Below, piece by piece: positions 29,166 to 38,556 of a stretch of DNA of 50,756 bases. The DNA is from Candidatus Eiseniibacteriota bacterium (GTDB lineage Bacteria; Eisenbacteria; RBG-16-71-46; CAIMUX01; WJJG01), in NCBI GenBank assembly GCA_014729815.1, contig WJJG01000105.1:1-50756 (forward strand), given 5' to 3'. The notes beneath the pieces were generated by a model. The model saw nothing but the letters and a program-made list of their open reading frames with translations. It made no database searches and was not told where the DNA came from. The stretch's first letter is position 1, and each line of letters starts with the position of its first letter. A program made the translations under genes and the position numbers.

Positions 29166-29441
29166 TGCTCTCGAAAAACCGCCCGGGAGAAATGCCGGAT
29201 TGGGGCTGAGCAACCGCGCGTGATTCCCGAGTGTGGCCAGACGCCGAGTGCGAGAACGTCGGACGGGGTGCACGCAGCGTGTCCGAGGGCCGTTCTGTTT
29301 CCGGCGCCAGGGGGATCGCGCGCTCCATCCGAGGCGCCATCGGCCGCCGATCGGTACGGGGCGCGACGCGCCCCATCGACCTTCTCCGCGCTCGGCAGCC
29401 GAGAGTGATCCTCCGCGCAATCATGCCGAGCCACTCGGTGC

Positions 29442-29478
29442 AAAAGCCCCGCCACCTCCGGGGGGAGATGGCGGGGCT
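29442..29478 (-). terminator. Rho-independent terminator of the C25 peptidase gene
   Basis: Minus strand: stem AGCCCCGCCATCTCC/GGAGGTGGCGGGGCT followed by a short T run, about 60 bp after the stop codon. Confidence 0.65.
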
Positions 29479-29536
29479 ATGGGCTCCGTGCTCGTCCGCA
29501 GCCGATCGCGCGACGAATCGGATCGCGCCGACGGCG

Positions 29537-32500
29537 CTACCTGGTCAGGATCAGCTTCCGCGTGACGTCGATCCCATCGGCCCGGAACTGGTAGAAGTAG
29601 ACGCCCGAGCCCAGAGCCACGCCGCGCGCATCGCGCCCGTCCCACGTGACTACGTAGCTCCCCGCATCGACGCTGCCGTCCTGCAACGTGCGCAGCAGGC
29701 GGCCGCTCGGATCGAAGATCTCCAGCCGCACGTCCGAGCGTGCGGGCAGGCGATAGCTGATCATCGTCTGGTTGCCGAACGGATTGGGCCGGTTCTGATC
29801 GATCGCCGGGCGCAGCACCAGGGGCGTCGCCTCCCCGCCGTCCGACGGATCGAGCTGCGTGCCCGAGAAGGAGACGTCATCGATGTACCAACCCTCGCGG
29901 GTGTCGGCGCCGTCACTGCCGAAGCGGAACCGGAAGCGCGCCTCGCCGGCATAGCCGACGAGCTCGAAGGTTGCCGCGGCCCAGTCGATGTTGCCCGAGT
30001 AGACGGGGGTTTCCGCCGGGAACGGTCCGGGTGTGCTGCCCTCCCGCACCAGGTAGGGATACCCGCCGACGGGTGTGATCTGCTCCCACGGAGCCCCATC
30101 GACCGACATCTCGACCAGGCCACCGTCGTAGCAGTAGTCCGGATAGGCACCGCTGGTCTCGGCCTCCATCCAGTGCCGGAAGCGCAGGTAACACTGATTG
30201 CGCAAGGCGACCGGCTCGGTCTCCAGCGCTCCATCGGCCAGATTGGTGTAATCGCCGCTGCCGGTGTCGCCGAACTTCCAGCTCGTCGCGCCGCCCGGCG
30301 TGTAGTTGCGCTGTGTCGACTGGTGCCACTGATCGACGAACCCGCCCGTGACGATGTAGTGGGTCCAGAGCCCGTAGCCGCTTTCCATATCGTCCCAGAA
30401 CCCGCCCACCGGCAGGTCGAAGGTCGGTGACGCCGTCTGCTCCCAGTCGGCATTGATCACCAGGCAGCCGCAGAGGATGTCCGGCTCGGGACACTCCGGG
30501 GCGATCGTGACCTCGAAGGCCGTGGCCGGGGGGGCCTCGCCCCCCGCCGGCAGCAGATCCAGCGTCGCCATGCCCTGGTCGATCGTCACGTACTGCGAGT
30601 AGACGTGCAGGTGGATCGCCAGGCCGGTGGCATCCTCGCTGCCCGTGTTGCAGAGCATCGGGAGGAGCTGCACCGTCTCGCCCGGCTCGGCCAGACCGTC
30701 GCCATCCCCGCCGGCCGCATCCATGACGCTCACCGCACCCAGTTCCAGGACCGGCGCCTCGACGAGCAGGTTGAACTCCTTCTCCCAGACCATCCGGTTG
30801 TCCGACTCGACCAGCACGTCGAAGGCCAGCAGGTGCCCGTCCGGACAGGCGGGGGAGATGTGGAACTCGAAGTCGTCGATACAGAATCCTTGCTCGTCCG
30901 GGGCGATGTCACCGTACTCCTCATAGGCATCGAGGATCTCGACGTGACCATCCTCACTGCTGATCGTGGCCCGCACGTTGGTGGCGGTCTCGATGCCCAC
31001 GTTGCGCAGGCCGAGCAGCAGCTCGAGCGTCTCGCCGGCATCGCAATCGCCGTCGGCATTGCCCGCGCTGTCGTCGGCCAGGTCGTCGTCGAGGATCCGA
31101 TCGCCGACCGAGATGTAGGGGCCGTCGGGCGGGATGATCGGGGTCTCCCCGTTGAAGGTCAGATAGTCGTGGGCCGTGACCTTCAGATAGAGCGTGCCGG
31201 GCTCCTGCGGCTCGACGAGCAGGGTCACCGCACCGGTGGCATCCGTGACCCCGGTCGCATAGACGCCGAAGTCCGCCGTGTAGGCCGTCACTCGCGCGCC
31301 GGCTACCGGGCCGCCGCCGCCATAGACCGTGACCTCGTACTCCGGCACGCCGATCAGGACGACATCCGGGTAGCTGACGTTCAGCGCCACCGGATCCTCG
31401 GTCCAGAGATGCATGGCCGGATCGCCGAAGAGGTTGAGCTGGTAGTAGCACCAGCGGTTGGCTCCGAAGTCGATGGCCCAGATGACGTCCATGCGCGAGT
31501 CGTCGTTGACGTCGGCCAGCGGGTAGATCTGCTCGTCGAAGATCGCATCGAAGAACTCGCGGTCGAAGTACTGCGACGAACCATTCGTGCCGCCGGGATC
31601 CCCCCAACCGTAGCGCGAGTTCATCACCAGCGCCGCCGCGCCGTCATCGTCGGTCTGGAACTCCTCGGCGAAGGAGTTCGAGTCGAAGGCGCCGCAGTAG
31701 CAGCCCTGACTGTAGACGAAATTGTAGCTGTGCTCGGTCCCGTCGTTGTCGAACGAGGGGATGTCGCTCAGGTACATCTTCATCGCGTAGTCGGTGTTGC
31801 AGTGGCCGAGATGATTGACGATGTTCAGGCCGCTCTCCATCATGTTGATCAGCGTGGTCTTCGACCAGGTGGCGTCGCGGTCGTAGAGCGTGCCGACGTT
31901 CATCGGGCCCGGGATGAAGCCGACCGTCGTATAGCCGTTCGCGCTGGATCCATCCTTGATCTCGTCCTTGTAGGTCCCGCCCCAGGTCAGCGGACTCGAC
32001 CAGAGCAGCTCGCCGACCATCAGCGCTTCGTCGCACTCGGCCACGATCGGTTCGTCCGTGTAGCGCAGCGTCTTGGTGATGAAGTTCTCCATCTCGCCCG
32101 CGTCGGTGACGCAGGCCCGTCCGACGCCGATCTCGAAGTAGAGATCGTCCTCGCCCTCCTCGCCCCAGCGGCCGTCGCCGTCATCGTTCCAGGTGCCGTC
32201 GAGGCAGCCGTAGTAGAGGTCGGCCGGGATGTTCGAGTCGGTCTCTCCGTAGGCGTAGGCGTAGAAGCCGCGGTGGGGAATGCCGCCGCTGTCGTTGGCG
32301 TCGCCGACCAGCAGGACGTATTCGACGTCCCAGGTCTGGTAGGCATCGATGATGAAGTCGCGGATCCGCCACTGATCGTCCTGCCCGGCCGGGTAGTTGC
32401 TGACGATCCAGGACCGGGAGAAGACGCCGGCCTTGTGGCCCCGCGCGGTCTGGAACTGGACCAGCGGATCGACCGCATCGACCCAGTCGTCGCCGGCGAT

Positions 32501-33229
32501 GATCAGGTAGGTGTAGGCCTCGGCCGGATCGAGTCGCGAATCCTCGTCGCGCAGGCGCAGGATCGGCTCGTAGGCTCCGATCCGCTCGGGGTTGTCGATC
32601 AAGGCCGCCACGCGGGCCTGAGTGCCTGCGTCGGTGCGGATCATCCGTGCCGTCTCACGCATCGCCGCGCCGCTCGGGGCGGTCGTGAGGACGACCTCCA
32701 GGCTGCGGTAGTAGGCCAGCGTCCCGGAGGCCGGGACGTACTCGACCGGATGCAGCGCCAGCGTCGCGATGCGATGGCCACGCATCATCCCGGTCTGCAC
32801 CGCATCGTGCAGGCGGCCGGGGTACGCGCGGTCGCTTTCGTAGATCTCCGGATCGGCCGGCACGGCGGCCACCGGGCCGGTGTGGCTCAGCGGCATCTGC
32901 GGCTGACCGACGGCCACGGCGTGGCTGCCCGGCAGCTCGATGCGCGCCCCGGGGATCACCTGCACATCGGTGACCGTCTCCCCCGGCGGCAGGAGGATCC
33001 GCGCGCCGGCGAGCGGCAAGACGGGCGCGCCCGGATCGCCATGGCTCCAGGCCTCCTCCATCTCGACCCGCACACTCCCGCCCGCGGCGGTGAGCGTGGG
33101 CGCGGTGAAGTCATAGGTGACGCGCGTGACGCCCGCCTGGGCGATCGCGGCGCCCAGGGTGATGCACGCCAGCAAGCACGTGATCTGCACGAGCGCGCCG
33201 GCGACCGGTCGACGGTTCCCTCTTCTCAT
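29537..33229 (-). CDS. C25 (gingipain-like) cysteine peptidase with propeptide, Ig-like and adhesin/InhA-like domains and FlgD-Ig/T9SS-like C-terminal domain
   Basis: GDPGAPVLP propeptide; YVLLVGD, ADLYY, VGRA, NHLGH and SQGCYCG motifs; FRFGSD..GWYIDDV; QNRPNPF...WDGRD...SGVYF tail. Confidence 0.88.
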   Translation of the reverse strand: MRRGNRRPVAGALVQITCLLACITLGAAIAQAGVTRVTYDFTAPTLTAAGGSVRVEMEEAWSHGDPGAPVLPLAGARILLPPGETVTDVQVIPGARIELPGSHAVAVGQPQMPLSHTGPVAAVPADPEIYESDRAYPGRLHDAVQTGMMRGHRIATLALHPVEYVPASGTLAYYRSLEVVLTTAPSGAAMRETARMIRTDAGTQARVAALIDNPERIGAYEPILRLRDEDSRLDPAEAYTYLIIAGDDWVDAVDPLVQFQTARGHKAGVFSRSWIVSNYPAGQDDQWRIRDFIIDAYQTWDVEYVLLVGDANDSGGIPHRGFYAYAYGETDSNIPADLYYGCLDGTWNDDGDGRWGEEGEDDLYFEIGVGRACVTDAGEMENFITKTLRYTDEPIVAECDEALMVGELLWSSPLTWGGTYKDEIKDGSSANGYTTVGFIPGPMNVGTLYDRDATWSKTTLINMMESGLNIVNHLGHCNTDYAMKMYLSDIPSFDNDGTEHSYNFVYSQGCYCGAFDSNSFAEEFQTDDDGAAALVMNSRYGWGDPGGTNGSSQYFDREFFDAIFDEQIYPLADVNDDSRMDVIWAIDFGANRWCYYQLNLFGDPAMHLWTEDPVALNVSYPDVVLIGVPEYEVTVYGGGGPVAGARVTAYTADFGVYATGVTDATGAVTLLVEPQEPGTLYLKVTAHDYLTFNGETPIIPPDGPYISVGDRILDDDLADDSAGNADGDCDAGETLELLLGLRNVGIETATNVRATISSEDGHVEILDAYEEYGDIAPDEQGFCIDDFEFHISPACPDGHLLAFDVLVESDNRMVWEKEFNLLVEAPVLELGAVSVMDAAGGDGDGLAEPGETVQLLPMLCNTGSEDATGLAIHLHVYSQYVTIDQGMATLDLLPAGGEAPPATAFEVTIAPECPEPDILCGCLVINADWEQTASPTFDLPVGGFWDDMESGYGLWTHYIVTGGFVDQWHQSTQRNYTPGGATSWKFGDTGSGDYTNLADGALETEPVALRNQCYLRFRHWMEAETSGAYPDYCYDGGLVEMSVDGAPWEQITPVGGYPYLVREGSTPGPFPAETPVYSGNIDWAAATFELVGYAGEARFRFRFGSDGADTREGWYIDDVSFSGTQLDPSDGGEATPLVLRPAIDQNRPNPFGNQTMISYRLPARSDVRLEIFDPSGRLLRTLQDGSVDAGSYVVTWDGRDARGVALGSGVYFYQFRADGIDVTRKLILTR

Positions 33230-33422
33230 CTCGAGACCTCCTCGATTGCTTGGGATCCATAGATGTGTGGAACGCCGCGCGGGCGTGTCCGAAACGGCAC
33301 CCCAGGAGCGTGACCTGTGCGCTCGATCCTCACCGCTCCCTTCCTCCAACGCGCGGACGCATGATGGCGGGGCGTTGCCAGGCCGCCCGCGCGCCGGCGA
33401 GCGAGCCTATGCAACACAATTG

Positions 33423-33451
33423 ATTCTATCACGCTGGGCGAGCGCGGTCAC
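33423..33451 (-). promoter_or_regulatory. Putative sigma70 promoter of the C25 peptidase gene
   Basis: Minus strand GTGACC-N17-TAGAAT with an extended -10 TG. Confidence 0.5.
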
Positions 33452-33706
33452 CCGCGCTGCTGCCTCGGGCAGGCGCCGACGTCGCGGCGGGTAGGGACGC
33501 GGCGTCACGACCAGCCGTGGCGAGGCCCATACGTGTATGCGGGACAATGGATTCGGTCCACCCGCAGCCCATCGCGGACCCCCGGCAGAGCACCAGGGCA
33601 CCACCGGCCGACCGCCGCAAACACCGCCCCCGTCGCCCGCACTGGTGCCCCTTGCTCTGGGGCGAGAGCCAAGGCAGACTCGCGCGGCGAAGAGTGGGGA
33701 GGGGGC

Positions 33707-34639
33707 ATGACACGCTTCGGTCTGGCGCTCGGCAGCGGCGGTGCTCGCGGACTGGCGCATCTCGGCGTGCTCGAGGTGCTCGAGGAAGCCGGTCTGGCCC
33801 CGCGCTACATCGCCGGGACCAGCATGGGCGCCATCATCGGCGCTCTGTTCGCCGAGCTGCAGGACGCGCAGGCGGTCATCGAGAAGACCGAACGCTACAC
33901 GGCCGATCCCCGCTTCCGCGAGAGCTGGGAGGCCTTCGTCCAGGAGCCTGCCGAGCAGGAACGCACTCTCTTCGACGAGCTGCGGCGCTCGATCCAGCGG
34001 CGGATCCTCACCCTGCGCGGCTTCACTTCGCCCTCGATGCAAAGCGCGCAGAGTCTGCTCGAGCCGCTGCAGCAGATCTACCGCGTGCGCCGCATCGAGG
34101 ATCTCGCGCTGCCGTTCGCCGCCGTGGCGATCGATCTCTACAGTGGCCAGCCGCGGATCTTCCGCCGCGGGGATCTGGTGCCGGCGATCTATGCCAGCAG
34201 CGCGATTCCGGCCGTCTTCCCGCCGCTCTCGCTCGACGGGCAGCTGCTAACCGACGGAGGCGGGCCCTATCGGGTGCCCGTGCAGGTCTGCCGCGACCTG
34301 GGGGCCGAGTTCGTCCTGGCCGTCGATATCCCCTCTTTCGCCGCCGAGGGCGGCGAGTTCCATCGGGGGATCGAGGTGCTTCTGCGCAGCGACCAGATCG
34401 CGCGCAATCGTCTCAACCAGTTCGTGCTCCGCGAAGCCGACTTCGTCGTGCAACCCCGGGTCGAGCGCTTCCACTGGGCCAGCTTCTGCTCCGCCGAAGA
34501 GATCCGCCAGGCCGGGGCGCACGCAATGCGCGCCGCCCTCTCCGACCTGCGCCGGCGCCTGCGACGCCGTGGATCGCCCCTCGGGCGCCTGAGCGCGTAC
34601 GCGCGGCGGCGGCTCGCACGCGAACGTCCTATAGGTTGA
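33707..34639 (+). CDS. Patatin-like phospholipase (NTE/RssA family)
   Basis: LALGSGGARGLAH, GTSMG, ASSAIP.VFPP and DGG motifs. Confidence 0.92.
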   Translation: MTRFGLALGSGGARGLAHLGVLEVLEEAGLAPRYIAGTSMGAIIGALFAELQDAQAVIEKTERYTADPRFRESWEAFVQEPAEQERTLFDELRRSIQRRILTLRGFTSPSMQSAQSLLEPLQQIYRVRRIEDLALPFAAVAIDLYSGQPRIFRRGDLVPAIYASSAIPAVFPPLSLDGQLLTDGGGPYRVPVQVCRDLGAEFVLAVDIPSFAAEGGEFHRGIEVLLRSDQIARNRLNQFVLREADFVVQPRVERFHWASFCSAEEIRQAGAHAMRAALSDLRRRLRRRGSPLGRLSAYARRRLARERPIG

Positions 34640-35543
34640 TCAGGATCAAGGCCACGACGGTCAGCAGGATCGCCAGGCGTTCGCGCCGCGTCGGCCGCTC
34701 CCGAAATGCGGTGACGCCCACCAGGTGGATGATCACGATCGTGCCGGCGCCGTAGGCCGGAAAGGCCACCGCGGCGGGAATCGTCTCCAGCGCGGCGATC
34801 AGAAAGAAAGACGAGAAGAGATTGGGAATCCCCACGGCGACGCCGGTCAGGAGTTCCGCTACGCGCACCGGACGGCGGCGGGCCACCGCCACCGAGCTGC
34901 TACACAAGAACGCGATGAAGAAGGTCACCAGCAGGAAGACCAACTTGTAGTCCTGCAGCGCGTACTTCTGGAAGATCTTGTTGCTGAACTCCGCCGTGCC
35001 TCCGAATAGGAAGAGCAGCAACAGGGCCACGCGAATCGCCGCGCGCCAGTTGCGTCCGGGGGGCCAGTGCACCAGCAGGATCGAGGCGATCGCCAGGGCG
35101 ATGCCCAGCCACTGGATCGCGCGCGGATACTCCTGCCACAGCAACAGCGAGAGTGACATCGGTACCAGGATGCCCAGCTTGGCAAAGGCGCCCGCCAGGC
35201 TCACGCCGTGCTCGCGCACGCTGATCTGGTAGTAGACGAACGCCAGGAAGAAGACCACGCCGGCGCCGAGTCCCACGAGCAGCGCCCAGGCGAAGCTGCC
35301 GGACGGTGAGAGGCGAGCGTCGCTCGCTCCCAGTGCCGAGGAGATTTCCACCAGATCAGCCGGCGGCGCGGGCGGGAGCCCGAGCGGTGGCGGGCGCAGC
35401 GCGAGCAACAGGATGCTGATCAGGCAGGCGGTCAGGTAGTTGGCGCTGGTGACCGCGTAGCGGTTCATGCCGGCTGTTTCGCTGCGCCGGAAGATCAGTG
35501 CGATCGACGCACTGCAGGCGATTGCCAGCCAGAGCACCCACAT
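34629..35543 (-). CDS. EamA/DMT family transporter
   Basis: About 10 TM helices in a two-repeat pattern; GIPNLFSSFFL and FRER motifs. Confidence 0.82.
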   Translation of the reverse strand: MWVLWLAIACSASIALIFRRSETAGMNRYAVTSANYLTACLISILLLALRPPPLGLPPAPPADLVEISSALGASDARLSPSGSFAWALLVGLGAGVVFFLAFVYYQISVREHGVSLAGAFAKLGILVPMSLSLLLWQEYPRAIQWLGIALAIASILLVHWPPGRNWRAAIRVALLLLFLFGGTAEFSNKIFQKYALQDYKLVFLLVTFFIAFLCSSSVAVARRRPVRVAELLTGVAVGIPNLFSSFFLIAALETIPAAVAFPAYGAGTIVIIHLVGVTAFRERPTRRERLAILLTVVALILINL

Positions 35544-35674
35544 GGCGCCGCAGCGTAGCAGTCGCCTGACGCCTCTGCTAGCATAGGCCCGCGACGTTCC
35601 CTGCCGCGGCGCGCGCCCGGCGGGCCGCGAGCGGTCGGACTGCGGTGCAGAGCATTCGCAGGGAGGAGGTCGAG

Positions 35675-37747
35675 GTGGCAGCGCGCAAGAGCAATCGGCG
35701 ACCGATTCGGATCGAAGACCTGCACGGGCTGAAGTTCATGCCGCCCGGGGCGCTGTCCCCCACGGGGGAGCGCTACGTCTTCCCGGTCAAGTCGGTGCGC
35801 GAGGATCGCAAGGGCTATGATACGCACTTGTATATGGCCGAGGTCCACGAGGGAGGCGTGCGGCAGCTCACCTTCGGCGAGCGCTCGGATGCCTCCCCGC
35901 ACTTCTCCCCGGATGGATCGCACCTGGCCTTTCTCGGCACGCGGGGTCGCCATCCCGGCATCCAGCTCCTGCCGATGGATGGGGGAGAGGCGCGCACGCT
36001 GGTCGAGCGGGACGGACAGTTCGCCGACCTGACCTTCTCCCCCCACGGTCGCCAGATCGCATGCACCTTCCGGCCCAACGATCCCCCCCAGACCCTCTCC
36101 AGCGAGGAGGGGCGAAAGGAGACCGCCCCGGAGCGCGGCGGCTCGGACGGTGAGGCCAGCCGAGCCGAGCGGCAGGCCAAGGAGCGCGCATCGAAGGTGC
36201 CGATCTACCGCCACATCGACCGGCTCTTCTACCGTCTGGATGGCCAGGGCTTCCTGCCCAAGGCCGAGCCGCAGATCTGGCTCTACGACGTCGAAACCGG
36301 TGAGGGCCGACAGCTCACGCGCGGGAAGCGGGGCTGCCATGCGCCGAGCTTCTCGCCCGACGGCCGGCGCATCGTCTACTTCTCGAACGTGCGTCCGGAT
36401 CCGGACCTGGAGATGGCCCGCACCGATCTCTTCGTGATCCCCACGCGCGGGGGGCGCGCGCGGCGCATCCCCACGCCCCCGGGTCCGGCCTACCTGCCGA
36501 CGTTCTCTCCGGACGGGAAGTCGATCGCCTATCTGGGCCACGACGACATCGATGCGCTCTGGTATGGAAACAACCGCGTCTGGATCGTGCCGGCCAGCGG
36601 ACGGGGCGCGGCGCGCTGCACCTGTCCCGGCTTCGATCAATCCGCCGAGGACCGCACGCTGGGCGATGTGGGCGGCGGATGGTTCCAGCTCCGTCCCACC
36701 TGGAGTCCGGATGGTCGCTGGATCTACTTCGTCTCGTCCCATCACGGTGCGACCCGCCTCTATCGGGTGACCGCACGCGGCGGCACTCCGCAGCCGCTGA
36801 CCCCGGATCGCCAGCATCTGATGAACGTCACGCTCTCGGCGGACGGGAGATCGGCCGCCGGTACGGTTTCGTCCGCCACACGGCCCCCGGAGGTCTTCCG
36901 CTACGATCTGCGCCGTCGCAGCGGCACGCCGCTCTCCCATCTCAATCGCGATTGGGCCGCCGGCCTCCAGATCCAGCGGCCGCGCCACGTGCGCGTGCGC
37001 TCGACCGAGAAGACGGTCGTGGATGCCTGGATCCTCAAGCCACCGCGCTTCTCGATGCGCCGGAAATACCCGGCGGTCGTCGAGGTGCACGGCGGGCCGC
37101 AGGGGCAGTACGGCTACACCTTCTTCCACGAGATGCAGCTTCTCGCGGCGCAGGGCTACGTCGTGATCTACAGCAATCCGCGCGGTTCCGGCGGATACGG
37201 CCGGGCCTTCTGCGAGGCGATCCGCGGTGCCTGGGGCACGCGCGACTTCGACGATGTCACGGCCGTGACCGACTACCTCGAGAAACTGCCGTACGTCGAT
37301 CGCAACCGCATCGGCATCACCGGGGGTTCCTACGGCGGCTACATGACCAACTGGGCGGTCGGCCACACGCGGCGCTACAAGGCGGCCGTCACCCAGCGAT
37401 CGGTGGTCGATCTGGTGCCCTTCTTCGGTTCCTCCGACATGGGCTTCTCGTTCCACCACACGTTCGATCACTATCCGTGGCAGGACCTGGAGGGCTACCG
37501 CCGACAATCGCCGCTGACCTACGCCAAGCAGATCCGCACGCCGCTCCTGATCATCCACTCGGAGAACGATCTGCGCTGCAACATCGAGCAGGCCGAGAAC
37601 CTCTTCGCCACGCTGAAGGTGCTCAAGCGGCGGGTGGAGTTCATCCGCTTCCCCGAAGAGCCGCATGGCCTCTCGCGCGGGGGACGGCCGGATCGCCGGC
37701 AGGTGCGGCTGGAGAGGATCCTCGACTGGTTCGAGCGATATCTGTAG
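35675..37747 (+). CDS. S9 family peptidase (acylaminoacyl/dipeptidyl peptidase) with TolB-like propeller
   Basis: Repeated FSPDG; VHGGP, NPRGS.GYG, GGSYGG, HSEND and EPHGLSR (Ser-Asp-His triad). Confidence 0.93.
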   Translation: MAARKSNRRPIRIEDLHGLKFMPPGALSPTGERYVFPVKSVREDRKGYDTHLYMAEVHEGGVRQLTFGERSDASPHFSPDGSHLAFLGTRGRHPGIQLLPMDGGEARTLVERDGQFADLTFSPHGRQIACTFRPNDPPQTLSSEEGRKETAPERGGSDGEASRAERQAKERASKVPIYRHIDRLFYRLDGQGFLPKAEPQIWLYDVETGEGRQLTRGKRGCHAPSFSPDGRRIVYFSNVRPDPDLEMARTDLFVIPTRGGRARRIPTPPGPAYLPTFSPDGKSIAYLGHDDIDALWYGNNRVWIVPASGRGAARCTCPGFDQSAEDRTLGDVGGGWFQLRPTWSPDGRWIYFVSSHHGATRLYRVTARGGTPQPLTPDRQHLMNVTLSADGRSAAGTVSSATRPPEVFRYDLRRRSGTPLSHLNRDWAAGLQIQRPRHVRVRSTEKTVVDAWILKPPRFSMRRKYPAVVEVHGGPQGQYGYTFFHEMQLLAAQGYVVIYSNPRGSGGYGRAFCEAIRGAWGTRDFDDVTAVTDYLEKLPYVDRNRIGITGGSYGGYMTNWAVGHTRRYKAAVTQRSVVDLVPFFGSSDMGFSFHHTFDHYPWQDLEGYRRQSPLTYAKQIRTPLLIIHSENDLRCNIEQAENLFATLKVLKRRVEFIRFPEEPHGLSRGGRPDRRQVRLERILDWFERYL

Positions 37748-37773
37748 CCGCCGGCGTGGGGCGATTGAAGCGC

Positions 37774-37840
37774 GGCGGGCTGGCGCGGCATCTACCGAGT
37801 GGCGGCCTTGCGCGGCGTCTACCGGGCGGCGGCCTTGCGC
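37774..37840. repeat. Degenerate 27-bp tandem repeat spanning a stop codon
   Basis: GGCGGGCTGGCGCGGCATCTACCGAGT / GGCGGCCTTGCGCGGCGTCTACCGGGC / GGCGGCCTTGCGC. Confidence 0.7.
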
Positions 37841-38475
37841 TGCTTCTTCTCGGCGGCTGCAACCTTGCGGCGGGCCTTGGCCGTGGCCTCGGCGGTGTCC
37901 TTCTCGGTGGCCATGCGGAAGTCGAGCTCCGGAAAAGAGCCGGCGATCACATCTGCGGCCTTGTGGATCGCAGAGATCCCGCGGCCGGAGAACTCGTTGC
38001 GCTGCATCTGTGAGAAGAGCAGCAGCTCGAAGGCCAGCGACTTCATCCAGTCGACGTCCACGCGGTATCCGCAGACGCCCAGCGCCCCGGTCTTGCGCAC
38101 GAAGCGCTGTAGCTTGCGCTTCTCGATTCCCAGCGTGCTGCACGAGGAGAACATCAGCACTCGGTCCTCGCACTTTCCCTCGAGCAGGCGCGCCATGCGG
38201 CTCAGCTTGTAGACCTTGCCCTGGATCTCGACTCCGCTCTCCATGCCGTGGCTGGCCAGGTACAGGATCGGGAAGGCGGCGTACCGCCTCTGAGTCCAGC
38301 GCTCGAGATAGAACTCCAGCTCCTCGCGCGTGGCATACTCGCGATGGATGTACTCGATGCCTTCGTGCAGGCGCAGCAGCTCGAGGATCGGGCGCACCGT
38401 GGAGGTCACGCGCAGATCCGGATCCCAGAGTCCTTCGATGCAGAAGATCCCCTTCTTCTGCTTCCGTTTGCGCAC
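37819..38475 (-). CDS. DUF6642-like protein with caspase/CHAT-like His-Cys motifs and Lys/Ala/Arg-rich tail
   Basis: IFCIEGLW, LYLASHG, FSSCSTL and GY..DVDW motifs; GGAGG RBS. Confidence 0.65.
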   Translation of the reverse strand: MRKRKQKKGIFCIEGLWDPDLRVTSTVRPILELLRLHEGIEYIHREYATREELEFYLERWTQRRYAAFPILYLASHGMESGVEIQGKVYKLSRMARLLEGKCEDRVLMFSSCSTLGIEKRKLQRFVRKTGALGVCGYRVDVDWMKSLAFELLLFSQMQRNEFSGRGISAIHKAADVIAGSFPELDFRMATEKDTAEATAKARRKVAAAEKKQRKAAAR

Positions 38476-38556
38476 ATATCCCTCCGCTGGCGATGCGCGT
38501 TGCGTGGGGGCGGTGCGAGCATCTCGCGCGCTGTCTTGCCGCTTGCGGACAACTGC

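Noticed and set aside
30605-33262. 885-aa plus-strand ORF (similar cases at 43841-46081 and 19022-20314)
   Set aside because: Antisense to well-supported genes; such frames stay open in high-GC DNA
37790-37821. Genome-wide TAG recoding
   Set aside because: Many conserved genes in the window end correctly at TAG
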